Of a DNA stretch of 44,416 nucleotides, positions 1 through 12,367 are shown piece after piece. The notes beneath the pieces were generated by a model. It saw nothing but the letters and a program-made list of their open reading frames with translations. It was not told the origin of the DNA and searched no databases. The stretch is from positions 2,954,320 through 2,998,735 of the forward strand of contig JBOZIK010000001.1 of assembly GCA_051453625.1 (NCBI GenBank), in the 5' to 3' direction. Made by a program: the position numbers and the translations under genes. Position 1 is the stretch's first letter. Each line of letters begins with the position of its first letter. Origin of the DNA: Welwitschia mirabilis. Lineage: Eukaryota.

Positions 1-858
1 TGCAAGTGTAATATGCAATCTAAACTAACATGCAATGTGAAATAACCCTAACTCTACTTGCTTTTTAGCCTTAACAAATGTGGACCTTGATAATCTATAT
101 CACCCAAGAAATTATCACCAGATCAAGGGCAACATTAGACTATAAGGGACATAAGAAAATCTACAATGCAAACATGAAAATAAAACCAAGATTTATATTA
201 AAAAGTAACAATATCTGGGTTACAAAATAGCTGGCTCTCAATGGAAGATACTCAGCCCTCCATGAAGTGCACTTGTTTTTGTAACTCATGTAGATGGATC
301 TCCTACCCTTCGATCTCCTGTTACAAGAATGTTTAATGCAATAAATATGATAAGGAGAGTCGAACAGGGACTTATTTATAAGAAAACATAGTAGATAAGG
401 ATAGACAGTTGATGTGGTTAGGCATGCTTATCATGACTCAGAAGTGGATGAAACAGTCAAGGAAATATTATTTGAGTTAGTTACATGGGAGTGACGTCTA
501 GGCTATTGTCTGGACGATTATGGAAATGACAGTACATTATAGAATATTCTTGAAATGCTAACTCAGTAGTCCACATCTGCAGAGTATCATCTTGATTGTT
601 ATGGACATGACGAAGGGAACAACAGTCTTCTTTAATTACTTTCTAGAGAAGAAACTAGCATTTTTATCAATAATCCTTCTTCAAAGCTTTATTCATTGGA
701 AAGTACCTTTAATGCATTAAATTTGGATAAGAATTGTACTTTTTTGAGATTTCTTCTTATTTCTTAAAAATCCTCAGAATTACACCTAAACTTGTATAAA
801 AGTCCTGTAAAATAGATCATAAAACCCCATAAAATAACCTTAAATTGGCAATGCAACA
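1..858 (-). repeat. 3' LTR of element A (partial)
   Basis: Ends ...TTGGCAATGCAACA at 858 (TGTTG on the minus strand). Visibly homologous to 11040-11889 and 40380-41253, e.g. CTATATCAC..., GGAT..CCT.CCCTT..AT.TC. Confidence 0.85.
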
Positions 859-868
859 CTGCTCCTTA
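859..868 (-). promoter_or_regulatory. Degenerate polypurine tract of element A
   Basis: Minus strand reads TAAGGAGCAG directly before the LTR TGTTG. The same position in element C holds AAGTGGGAGACTA. Confidence 0.6.
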
Positions 869-879
869 GTGTTTTGAAC

Positions 880-2454
880 TCTTCTCTTATCCATTTATAT
901 CCTCTACTTTAATGTGATAAAGTCTCAATCTACCATCTCTCTAATTCCCTATGCAATATTTACTAAGAGAGCCTAAATTTTCTCGATGATGATATCAATC
1001 AAAGGTATTTATACCTAAGATCTCTCTACCTCTCCTAGGATATAGATACACATGTCTTGTAGTAATGAGTTGATATCTGTAGATGTATAAATTACTACTC
1101 ACCCACAGGCCCAAGTATATAAAAGCATTTGAACATAGCTGAAAGAAGACATGGATATCCCAAAGTTTGTAGCTATTAATCCTCAATCATGGTCATAAGT
1201 CTTCTCCATATAAAAATTAATAAGTTCATCTTCTCCCTTTTCCTAAGTACTGCCAGTACCTAAATGTGAGCTAATATGGCATGACTTTAATGAAAGGAAG
1301 GACTAATGTTACGGATCAATCCTCTATGAAGAATCTGATAAGTAGGTAATAAATATATCATCAAAACTCCCTGCTTATTATTGGTAACTTCAGTTGGTAT
1401 GTCTAATGCTACGTCATAATTACAAGCTCCTCTATACCACTAGCTAAGTAAATGTATGTACTCCTAATGCCACCTAAATTAGTAATAGTAGTGATGTAGC
1501 TTAGAAGAATAGATATCTCATGGCCACAAATGATAGCTATAATCATATTAACTAAATGGTCGTGATAATCGAAACACCTCTCAATGTGTATGGTATCATA
1601 AAACTCTGTAGTATCTAAAATGTAATAAGCTCTATGTGCATCCAAAACCCACTTGAGCTAAAGACCTATCAACCTTTGATCTACCTTTACTCTAGTTAAC
1701 ATGAAAAATCATCAAATCTCCTCTTAACTTAGATAGAGGATATCTAAATGGAGTGGAATCATGCTTGATGAGGTGGAGGGTAAACTGGCTTTGCATGTTC
1801 AATCTTAGGTGGTACAAATGGGTTTGTCTCTTACTTTAATACCTAAGCCTTTTTCTTAAACTAACTAGTCCATCATATTCATGGCCTAATCAGTCATAAA
1901 CATAAAGTGCATCACACGAGATCAACTAGAAATCACTAAAATATATCTCATGGAAGCTCTAGATGACCCCATAAATTGGTTTTTATGTGTAGAAATCATA
2001 AAAATATATTATGCCCCTCCCTCAAGGGAATCAATACATTCCATATTACCTAATCATGCAAAGAAAAAGCATGAAATGCAGGAAAAAAATTGAAATATGT
2101 AAAATTAATGGGTCCCACAAAAGGACAAAAATGAAAGTACTCACATCAAAAATCTAATCTTGTAGAAATGTAGAGCTCATGATACTAATAAATTTACCTA
2201 CAAGGACCACTATGTTTTAACTTATAGTTTTTAATAAAATGATGTTTAAACTTAAAAACCTAATTCTACCTTGTAAAATGCACAAATTCAAATATCTTGC
2301 AAAATACATGACAGAAATCAAATTCATAAGTACCAAATCAAAGAGCATGAAAAATTAAGTAATATACATGAAAACTATATGTTGGAAAGATTGGAAAGAT
2401 TACAAATAAGAGGAAAAAATCAAAAATAATGAGGAAGAGAAAGACATACCTCAT
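880..2454 (-). pseudogene. Athila extra 3' ORF (env-like / Transposase_32-like), intron-containing, degenerate
   Basis: Motifs AYYILDTTEFYDTIH (ORF 1409-1645) and TLGYPCLLSAMFK (~1125-1165) match the copy in element C. Putative ATG at 2454-2452 and intron at 2449-1886. The 3' end is approximate. Confidence 0.7.
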
Positions 2455-4010
2455 TTTGATAAATTTACTTAAATCTAGTGATCTGGGGCACTAATGTCAT
2501 AGCGAAAAGTTCCAAGACATGGGTAGGCCCTAGTATGATGATCATCTCTCAAAAGAATAAATGAAAATGACACAAAAATATTAAAAAAATAATGGAAAAG
2601 AATCAAAGTAGTGGTTTTATCACACTATCATCTAGTCACCTCATCCATATGAGAGCCCTAGGAGGACTCTCAAAAAAATTTCATCCATCATTCACCTTAT
2701 CATTTGGACAACTTAGTAGATGATGGAACTTTGAAAAGTTTCAAAAAAATAAAAATTTTAACTAAATAAGTCAGGCTCAGATATCAGCGTGAAGGTATCA
2801 AATTTTATTAGAAAAACTTGCAAGATAGGTAATGGTGAAGAATCATGATAAATAATGATAAGGAATGAGAAAAACTCCAAAGAGTCAAAAGATAGGATAA
2901 TTAGAATATACTAAGTATGATAAAGCCTGATAAAGAAAACTAACAAATGTGCCCGAACTAAAAAATTATTATGAAAAATATGTAAAACTCCAAAAGACTA
3001 AAAGGAATAACATAAAAATCTCAAAGAAAATCATTTAAGCAGAAAATAATATCATCTAGTCAAAATGATAAAAGAAAATTAACTTTATTAATAAAATAAC
3101 ATGATTGACATTGAAAATAATAATAAGAAAACTACTAAATGATAAGGTCCTAAAAATAATGATGAAAAAGTATGGAAATGACTTTTAAATAACAAACTAA
3201 ACAACTAAAAAATAATAGAATAAAAATGGATAACTAAGACCATGAAGAAGATAGCGTACCCACCATAAATTCTAACCTAGCAAACCCCCTTGAAAGACAT
3301 CATAAAGCCACCTAAATAAAGATGCATAACAAAACATATTGACTCCATAAACTTTCATTTGAAAAGGTAGTAATTATAACAACACCAAAGATCAAGTGCT
3401 CAAAATAATGAATGATAAAGACCAATCATTTGCTCATATCCTAAAACACACCCAAATCCTTAAAAGTAAAATGATCATGTGGGAATAATAAGAGTGTAAG
3501 AAACAATTAATGCTTATAGCCTCAAAGTTTATTACTACATTGCACAATGAGGGGAGTGAAGCCATAGTCAAAGAAGTAATAACCCATAAAGCATGGTAAA
3601 CTAATTCTCTAGTGGAGTTCCCACAACTACCAATGCTCCTAAAGGTTACTTTTGGGAAAATTTACCTTGGTGTAGTAGTATATCATGGTAACCATAACAT
3701 AGATAACTCCCACATGATCACACACTCAAAAAGACAAAGATGAAAAAGTGAGATGAAAGAGAGAAAAAAACACACCTAAATAACAAAGACCTTATATATT
3801 TAAGAAAAACATAAGAACCAAGACATCTTCCTTTAAAATCAAGTTCATAGATATGTAAATGTCTTAATATTAGTACATCCAATCTTGTTACTATGAAATG
3901 CCTAAGTATGGATACTAGTCATGAAAAATTTATAAAGTAAACTCATAAGTCAAGTTAAAAATGATGAAATGACATCATAATACTATCAAAGGAATAAGCT
4001 AAAAGAGAAT

Positions 4011-5300
4011 TCAGATAATGATAGGAATGAAGTCCTCCTCAACAAGGGAAACTACTAAAACAATTACTTATATTATGTTAAAGGTTTTATTGAAATATTT
4101 TTCATATATTTTTAACTATTAGCCATTAACTTTCTAAATTTTCCTAATGTTTAAGTCAAAAATCTCAATGGAGCCATTAGAATATAGTTTTTAATAAGAT
4201 AAAGGTCAATTTATTATGTAAAAAATGCACTCTAGTATTGTACAAAAGAACAAGTTAACCAGGTTTAAACCTTTTATAAAGTAACTTTTTATTATATTTG
4301 AACTTAGCTTAAGCTTTGTGAATGAGTTGATGATGTATGTCATCTATCTATTTTTCATCTAAGTTATTAACTTGGACTAATCTATTTTTTAAATTTTCAT
4401 GAATATCTACAAGATTATGTTGATATGAATAACAATAAAAGTTATAACACACATCAATTGGTAAAATACAAAATTTTTCCTCTATAAGTTCATAAGATAA
4501 GAAATTAAGAGAATTAAGCCAAGTAGTACGGTAAGCCCAAAGAACATCATTAATCTTAAAAGTCCAAGATTTTTTATTAACACAGAAATTTTTTAACAGA
4601 TTTTTCTTTATTTCTATATTTGCATTTTTAGCTTGATCCTTGATTTGTGGATGATAAGTGAAAGCTACTTTATGTTTAATTCCAATGGATAAAAGAAGAA
4701 TCCTAAAAACATAATTTATAAAATGAGTTCCATGATCAATATTGATAATTTTAGGAGAGCTAAAAATTGAAAAGTATAAGTTCTAATAAAATTGCAGATA
4801 GTTTAGGCATCATTTGTAAAAGTAGGAATAGCTTTAATCTATTTAGTAACATAATCAAGAGCCACTAAAATATAGTTATTATTATTAGAATGTGGTTTAA
4901 TAGAGCCTATAAAAGTAATTCCTTAATAATCAAAAGGTTCACATTCAAGAATAGGTTTAAGAGGCATATCACAAGAATGAATAAGATTATCATAATGTTG
5001 ATAAGCATCACACATTCTAGAAAAATCAAAAGAGTCGTGAAAAAGATTAGGTCAATAAAAACCAAAGTGAAAAATTTTTATTGTTATTTTCTATCCACTA
5101 AAATGACCTATACAAATGCCACCATGGTAAAGATAAAGGATGTTTAATTTTTCCCATTCAGGCATACATTTTTTTATGATTTGGTCTTTGTACCTATAAT
5201 AAAGATGTGACTCTATTCATTCATAATCATCTATTCTATAGAGATAAGAGTTTCTTTATTATGACTCTAATGTTGTAATGTTTTAATGGTAATATAATTA
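4011..5300 (-). pseudogene. Integrase of element A
   Basis: Minus translation gives YHGGI (~5110-5125), NNYILVALDYVTK*IKAIPTFTNDA (~4805-4880; consensus YILVAVDYVSKWVEA...TNDA) and KVNG**LKIY (~4105-4135; consensus KVNGQRLKHY). Confidence 0.88.
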
Positions 5301-5399
5301 ACTATGTCAGCATATCAAGCAGAAAAATAAGTGTAAGATACGATAAAAGGTTGTTCATCTAGAAAAGAATCATCAATCATAAGATCATTAAGAGAAGAA

Positions 5400-7330
5400 A
5401 AAAGACATGACAAAAAATCTGCGACATTGTTATCTTTCCCTGCTTTAGCAATGATGGTAAGATTAAATTATTGCATGAGGAGGATTCATCTAATGAGTCT
5501 AGCACTAGAATCTTTCTCGATCATGAGATATCTAATAGTTGCATGGTTGGTATAAACATTTATATAAAAGCCTAAAAGATAGTATATAAGATTATCAAGG
5601 CAAAATATTATGGCTAATATTTCTTTCTCAGTAGTAGTATAATTCGATTGAGCTTTAGATAAAGTTTTGCTATGATAAGATATAACTTTAAAATANNNNN
5701 NNNNNNNNNNNNNNNNNNNNNNNNNNNNNNNNNNNNNNNNNNNNNNNNNNNNNNNNNNNNNNNNNNNNNNNNNNNNNNNNNNNNNNNNNNNNNNNNNNNN
5801 NNNNNNNNNNNNNNNNNNNNNNNNNNNNNNNNNNNNNNNNNNNNNNNNNNNNNNNNNNNNNNNNNNNNNNNNNNNNNNNNNNNNNNNNNNNNNNNNNNNN
5901 NNNNNNNNNNNNNNNNNNNNNNNNNNNNNNNNNNNNNNNNNNNNNNNNNNNNNNNNNNNNNNNNNNNNNNNNNNNNNNNNNNNNNNNNNNNNNNNNNNNN
6001 NNNNNNNNNNNNNNNNNNNNNNNNNNNNNNNNNNNNNNNNNNNNNNNNNNNNNNNNNNNNNNNNNNNNNNNNNNNNNNNNNNNNNNNNNNNNNNNNNNNN
6101 NNNNNNNNNNNNNNNNNNNNNNNNNNNNNNNNNNNNNNNNNNNNNNNNNNNNNNNNNNNNNNNNNNNNNNNNNNNNNNNNNNNNNNNNNNNNNNNNNNNN
6201 NNNNNNNNNNNNNNNNNNNNNNNNNNNNNNNNNNNNNNNNNNNNNNNNNNNNNNNNNNNNNNNNTACAATTATTATACACTAATTTAAAATATTTATTCC
6301 AATTGAGTCCCATTACAATAGGTGCAGAAGAGATTTTAATTGTTTTAAAAGAAAGCTGATAAGATTTATTCCATTTAAATTTATCTTTTTTTTCAAGTAA
6401 GGAGTGAAGGGGTTTACAAATTTTAGCATAATCTTGAATAAAATAATAATAAATATTATAATGACTAAGGAAATATCAAACTTATTTTATATTTATTAAA
6501 GGAGTTAGATTTTTAATTATACTTACTTTTTAAGGGCTCATGCTAATTCCTTTACTAGAAATTTGGTAACCTAAGATAATTCCAGTTTTAACTAGAAAGA
6601 AACTCTTCTCTTAATTCAAATTAGACTACTCTTAATGCATCTATTAAGGACTTTCTCTAATATTTTTAAGATTTATTCAAAGTTTTTCATAAAGATTAAG
6701 AAGCGATCCATAAGAATTTTAATTCAATCCTCTAACATATCAAAAAAGATATTCATCCTTACACATTAAAAAGTACTAGAAGTATTGCAAATTCAAAAAG
6801 GCATGCGTCTAAAAGCAAATGTTTCAAAAGATGAAGTGAAATTTGTTTTTGCTTGATTCTCATTATCTATACAAACCTAATTATAACATTATATCCATCA
6901 AAAAAGCAATAAAAGGCATTTTCTTAGATTCTATCAAGAATTTAGTCAAGAAAAGATAAAAGACAATGATCTTTATTTATTACTTCATTTAGCTTTCTAA
7001 AATCAATACACATTCTCCACTTTCCATCTTTCTTAGGTATTATAGTCAAAGCACTAATCTAGTTACTATCAGATATAGCATAAATAATTTCAGCATCCAT
7101 TAATTTAATGATTTTATCTTTTACAACTTGTTTAAGGGTGGTATTTAGTCTATGTTGGGGTTACTTAACAAGTTTTTGCATTTTCCTCAAGGTATATTTT
7201 ATGTTGAATAATGGAAGTAGAAATGTCTATTAAATCTTTATGGGTGTAAACAAATGCATTAACCTTAGAATTGAAAAGTGAGATTAAAACCAATTCTTAT
7301 TAAGGAAAAATATTCTCATTTATTATTAAT
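5400..7330 (-). pseudogene. Reverse transcriptase and RNase H of element A (split by N gap 5696-6264)
   Basis: ETFAFRRMPF (~6797-6826), KILMDRF in place of EVFMDDF (~6700-6720), and VISYHSKTLSKAQSNYTTTEKEILAIIF...YTNHATIRYL (5486-5695). Confidence 0.92.
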
Positions 7331-7699
7331 GATTATTCTGATCATCACATAGAAAGATATGTTTCAGTCCACTAGATAAAGGTTTTATATTTTTAATTTT
7401 TATTTTTTAATTAGAATTGATTGTCATCTCTAACCATTATCTAGATGAGATGGGTGGATGACCTCCCTTAAAATATGGAATCTTAATTGTTTTTAGATGT
7501 TGGAATTCTTTATAGATTGCAATTTTAGTTTCTTCAATCTCCTGATCAAAAGAGTCTATTCCTAAATGTTCATAGTTGAGTTCATCGTCATTAAAATATT
7601 TTAAGTTTTCTACTTCAAGTAGATCATCATATAATGTAGGCTCATAAAGCATTAATCATCTTTCTTCAAGTGGACAATGCTGTAAAAATAATATTAGCT

Positions 7700-8150
7700 T
7701 CATTTCTTCTTCAACATTACACTCATCACCTAGGTCTTTTTTAACAGTATTGAAAACTTCGATGGTAAACTATTTATTTCCTTAGTGACACTCCATTATT
7801 CTAGTTTTTGTATCAATAATACAATGGGTTATTACACAAAATTCTCTACTTAGAAGTAGTGAATAATCTCCATTTTACTCAACTTTAATCACAACCACAT
7901 CTATTAGATATAATGATTTCTCAATTTGAATCATCGAATATTTTATTACTCCTAAAGATTTCTTCACTGACTTATCTGCCAATTCTATGATAATACATGT
8001 AGGCTTAATTCTACTTTCCAAACCAAGTAATTGACAAATATGTAAAGACATAATATTAACACTCACTTATATATTGATTAAGCCTTTTTTTATTCTTTTA
8101 TTTTCTTTTAATATGATACTAACTATTGCTATCCTAGGATCCTTAAATTT
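7700..8150 (-). pseudogene. Aspartic protease of element A
   Basis: KGLINISESVNIMS...IELADKSVKKSLGVI...IDVVVI (ORF 7875-8066) resembles Athila ALLDLGASVSVM...LQLADRS...LGIV...VDFVVL. Confidence 0.82.
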
Positions 8151-10150
8151 TGGACATCTTTGCAAAACTAAGTTGGTTATAGATTGGGCTAAGAAGACTT
8201 TAATAGGTATGATTCATTTTTGTTTCCTCTTAATTAGGTCTTTTCATAACTTAAAATATTTAGGGTTTTTTTGCAAGAGTTTCTAAAATGATAAATTTAT
8301 GCTCACATCTTGCGTTAAGGCTTTAAGATAATCATCAAAGATAGGGTTGTTATTTAATCTATCAAGCCAATGGATAGCAGTTTTTTTCCTTTATCTTAAG
8401 AATAATTTTTTTTATTAAGATTATTACTTAAAGAAGAAGAAGAGTTATCATTTTCTAATATTTTAATATCCTCTTCTTCTTCATCATCTTTCTTATCATT
8501 TTTGGAAGTTGAAGCATCATGGGTAGGAGGTGTTGTTTTATTTCCACTTCTTATCATAATTTTACAATCTTTCCTTACTTTATTAGGTTAGGTAAAGATG
8601 TATTGCAAGTGATCCTTATGGTCATTGATTTGCAAAATATTTTGTTAAAGAACATTTACTAGATTTTTAATGTTTGAGTTTGTCTTCTCTTGAGATTTTC
8701 TCAATTCATTAATGGAATTTTTAAGTGTATCATTTTAATTTTGATAATTTGATGTATTTGCTTGATAATTTGAACTACTTGGTTGGAAGTTTAAGTTGTT
8801 TAATTAAAAGTTAAAATTATCATATCTATTTCCAAATGGTTAGAAATTTGGATAATTTATTTGAAATTTCTTGAATTTATTCTTAAAAGTTTGAGAATTA
8901 GGTTATCCATTAATCCTAGGTTGAAATCGATTTTAATTTTGATTTTGATTTCTAAATTTTGAATATTTTTAATTAAAAGCACATACTTATTCATAAATTT
9001 TCTCTTTATAAGTTAGCAATAAAGGACATTCTTTAGTCACATGATAGTTGTCTTACACAAATCACAAGTTGGAATCAAATTCTTTTTATTTCTACTTTTG
9101 CATCTAAAATCATTTGAGTGTATTTTTCTAATAATGTTATGAAATTGTTAATTAAATTTATTGATTCTTTTTCTATTTTCACTTTCTTCTTTTCTTATTT
9201 TACTTCTTTAAGATCTTTTATGATTTAGCCTATGTTATGATTTTCTTTAGGTATTAGTTTAGGCTATGTTTAACTTACTTCTACTAATTCTTCCAACAAT
9301 CTTTATGCATTTTCTAAGGTCACCACATGAAAATTTTACAATTTTTTTAGTTTGGTTATTAAGTTCACTATATAAATAGTCTATTAATTCTTCTTGAGTG
9401 AATGCATTAATGAAATTAGAATGAATTGCAATGAAAAATCATTCATAAGTAATGGCATAATCTATATTAGGTTGTTATTGGAAATTTACCTCTTTCTTTC
9501 TTTGTTTAATTATTGTTTTACTTATAAATCTTTTTATAAAAGCTTTTTGAACTTGATTCCATATTTTGGAACTTCTATGAGGAATAGTTTTTATCTATAA
9601 TTCTTCTTTTCTTTTTAATGTGATGGGAAAGATAACCATGCAAGTAAGATTACTAATTTGTTTTTCACCATTTCCTAAAGTAAGCACTAATAGTTTAATA
9701 TCGATAATATTGTCAAGGGGATCTTCATCATTTTCTCCATTAAAAATAAGATATGTGTTTAGATTTCTTAACTTGACATCATCACTAAGAGTTAAGCCAA
9801 AAAGATTTTGGATTTTATGCTTTTTATTTACAATTATTTCTTTAAGAACGACATTAGCATTTGGATTTACAAGGGTAGCAGAAGTTCCTGTCATGATAAA
9901 GAGATTAGGTGAAGCTACTTGCTTTTGTTTTTATGTAGAATTCAACATTGCAATAAAACAATTTTCTTCAAAACTTTCTTTTGAAAAATTTTCTTTGGAA
10001 AAATCAAATTTATAAATAATGAATACAAAAAAATCTTCTTCCTTAATTCTTAAAAATTTTACTTCCTTAGGTGTACATACCTGGGTTTAGTTCATAGTCA
10101 ATCATACCTTCTCGAATGTTTTCATTGATTAGTACCCACCATCTCTAATA
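8150..10150 (-). pseudogene. gag region of element A
   Basis: Lies between the PBS/UTR and the protease. ORF 9595-9894 contains FNGENDEDPLDNI...IFPITLK, resembling the retrotransposon gag motif FxGxxxEDP..H...FPFSL. Confidence 0.72.
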
Positions 10151-10601
10151 TCTTTTTCTTTTTATTAGAGTTTATCATGTCCTAGCATACTTAGTTCTAT
10201 TTCTATAAGCATCATCTAAGTGATGATCTAGAGGATGTACCTAGAAAATAGAAGATTAAAAAAACTAAAAACGAAAAAGATAGAAAAATAGAAACATGAA
10301 ATAACACAAAATGATAATTGGCAGTCATCCTCTAAATCATTTAGATGACAGAGGGAATGATACGGAAAAATCATAGCTTTTATCAAAATAAAAAATCTTA
10401 GTTTTACAAGTCATTGTTGCTGCACGTTATCTAGATGATAAGGGGTATGACAAGACATTACTTTTAGAATGCAAATTGGAAAATGCAAAAAGAAAAACCT
10501 ATGTTTCTACTATAAAGATATAATTATACTACAAAAAAATACTTGAACAAAATTAAAGCTACTTATTTAAGCAACAAAAATCCTCGAACTCTAAACAGCC
10601 T

Positions 10602-10620
10602 TCCTCGGCAATGACGCCAA
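10602..10620 (-). promoter_or_regulatory. Primer binding site, tRNA-Asp type
   Basis: Minus strand TTGGCGTCATTGCCGAGGA versus the Athila consensus TTGGCGCCGTTGCCGGGGA, 2 nt inside the LTR end. Confidence 0.9.
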
Positions 10621-10622
10621 GA

Positions 10623-11889
10623 TGTTATAGGGTATATTTATGAAAATATTATGTTCTTAAATAAATTCTAAAGTGAACCAAAAATATATATTACACAACA
10701 TAACATATTAATATAGATATGAGTGGATTGAAATGTCATAATATTGTTGAAGATAAAGATAAGAAAAAAGAGAATTGATTCTAAACAAAATACTTATGCA
10801 TTTTCTAAGTAGAACAAAATAATATTGCAAAGTTAACAATGCAAATGAACACACTATGAAAATGAGATGCAAGATCTAATCTAAATGCAACATCTATTCA
10901 ATTACCAAATTAACCTATCATGAAGAATGGCCTTGTATATTCTAGATCAATCAAAAAAAGCTAGCATTAGACTAAGACCAACCTAAGCTATCAGATGCAT
11001 TGAACAGAATATAAAAACAATGCAAAGTTAATGTAGAAAATAAAATGCAATGCAACTAAACTAATAACATCAACCTAAACAAAGGTTATCCTCATGATCT
11101 ATATCACAGATGAAGCTGTTATGGTTTCATAAGCAGCATAAATCATAAGGAAGATGCAAATAATAAATTATATGAAAAGAAAAATAAAGTTTTGATTAAT
11201 ATAAACCAACATTCATATTACAAAGAAATAGTACCTCAATGAGGGAGACACAGCCTAATACCAAGAAAGATGTCTCTCTACAATAACAAAATATGGATAT
11301 CCTATCCTTCAATCTCTTATTATGAGAATTTCCAGTGTCAAAAAAAATAAGTTTAGTATTAAGGATAAAGGAGGTATTTATTACAAATAAAGACTCTCAC
11401 AACAATAAACACTAATAGACACAGTAAAACCCTAACATCTGCACAAGAAGGCACAAGACATATGGCAAAAGTTTGATGTAGTTTTGCAAATAATTATATT
11501 TAGGTATTATCCTACTAGTCATCTAGACATTAAAGAAGATAATACCACATCATACAGGATTCACATTAGTTACCAAATTATTCTAGTAAATATCCTAGTC
11601 ATCATAGGTTCTTTTGTCATTCATACTATTGTCTAGACAATAAGGTAGATGATGGGCTTTGTAAAGATGTTTCTTGTGTTACATTAGTCTCTTTGATTAT
11701 AGGATTATTCTTTTAGAAAGGAATTATCATAATTTACCTGAAATACTATCAAATGCAATGAAGATTCCATGTTTTCATGATATTTGCCTTAGCTCTCCAT
11801 TATCATTGAAACTTAGCATAAACCTATCTAATGTTTTACCAAATTACTCAAAATATCCTATCAAATACATACAATTTGGTAGCACAATA
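10623..11889 (-). repeat. 5' LTR of element A
   Basis: TGTTATAG at 10623 and ...TGGTAGCACAATA at 11889 (decayed CAACA). Adjacent to the PBS and homologous to the other two Athila LTRs. Confidence 0.85.
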
Positions 11890-12213
11890 AAACTTTTGCT
11901 ATTATATAACTACAAGGAAAAAAAGAAATGACATTATATAAAAATACAATCTTCAGTTTTCAATTGATCTTAAAATGTCTTACACACATTTTTCAATATG
12001 GAATTAAGCCTTTTATGCAAAGAATGTTTAATAGTTTTCTATTTAATTTAATTAGGATTTCTTAAATTAGCTCACTTCTAAATTCAATCTTTAATCATAT
12101 AATTTTTCTCTTTTAAATTTTAAACCTACTATTTCACATAATTTAGAAAATTTGTTAAAATTTTAAAAGGGGATGTGCTATTAGGATTAAACCTTAAGAA
12201 ATGTATAAATTTG

Positions 12214-12232
12214 TATATATATATATATATAT
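12214..12232. repeat. (AT)n microsatellite
   Basis: Short TATATA... run. Confidence 0.8.
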
Positions 12233-12367
12233 AGATTAGTTCAACCTTTTAGCAGTCCTTATTTGAAATCTATAAAGACTGAAATCAAGATGAATTTTTT
12301 CTATTAATTTTTACTAATATTTATTATATTTCCTTTTTTAAAAAATCCATTATCTTTTAAAATTATA

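Larger units (their letters stand above)
1..11889 (-). mobile_element. Athila-lineage Ty3/gypsy LTR retrotransposon, degenerate, near full length (element A)
   Basis: Minus-strand order is 5' LTR (10623-11889), PBS-Asp, gag, protease, RT, RNase H, integrase, extra ORF, PPT, 3' LTR (1-858, runs off the window). RT before IN is the gypsy order. Many stops and frameshifts. Confidence 0.93.

Noticed and set aside
5486..6313. Long ORFs of 193-275 aa in the ORF track (also 43546-43875)
   Set aside because: Their length comes from N runs; only the flanks are real RNase H sequence.
9620..10015. 131-aa plus-strand ORF
   Set aside because: Antisense to the gag of element A, with no independent support.
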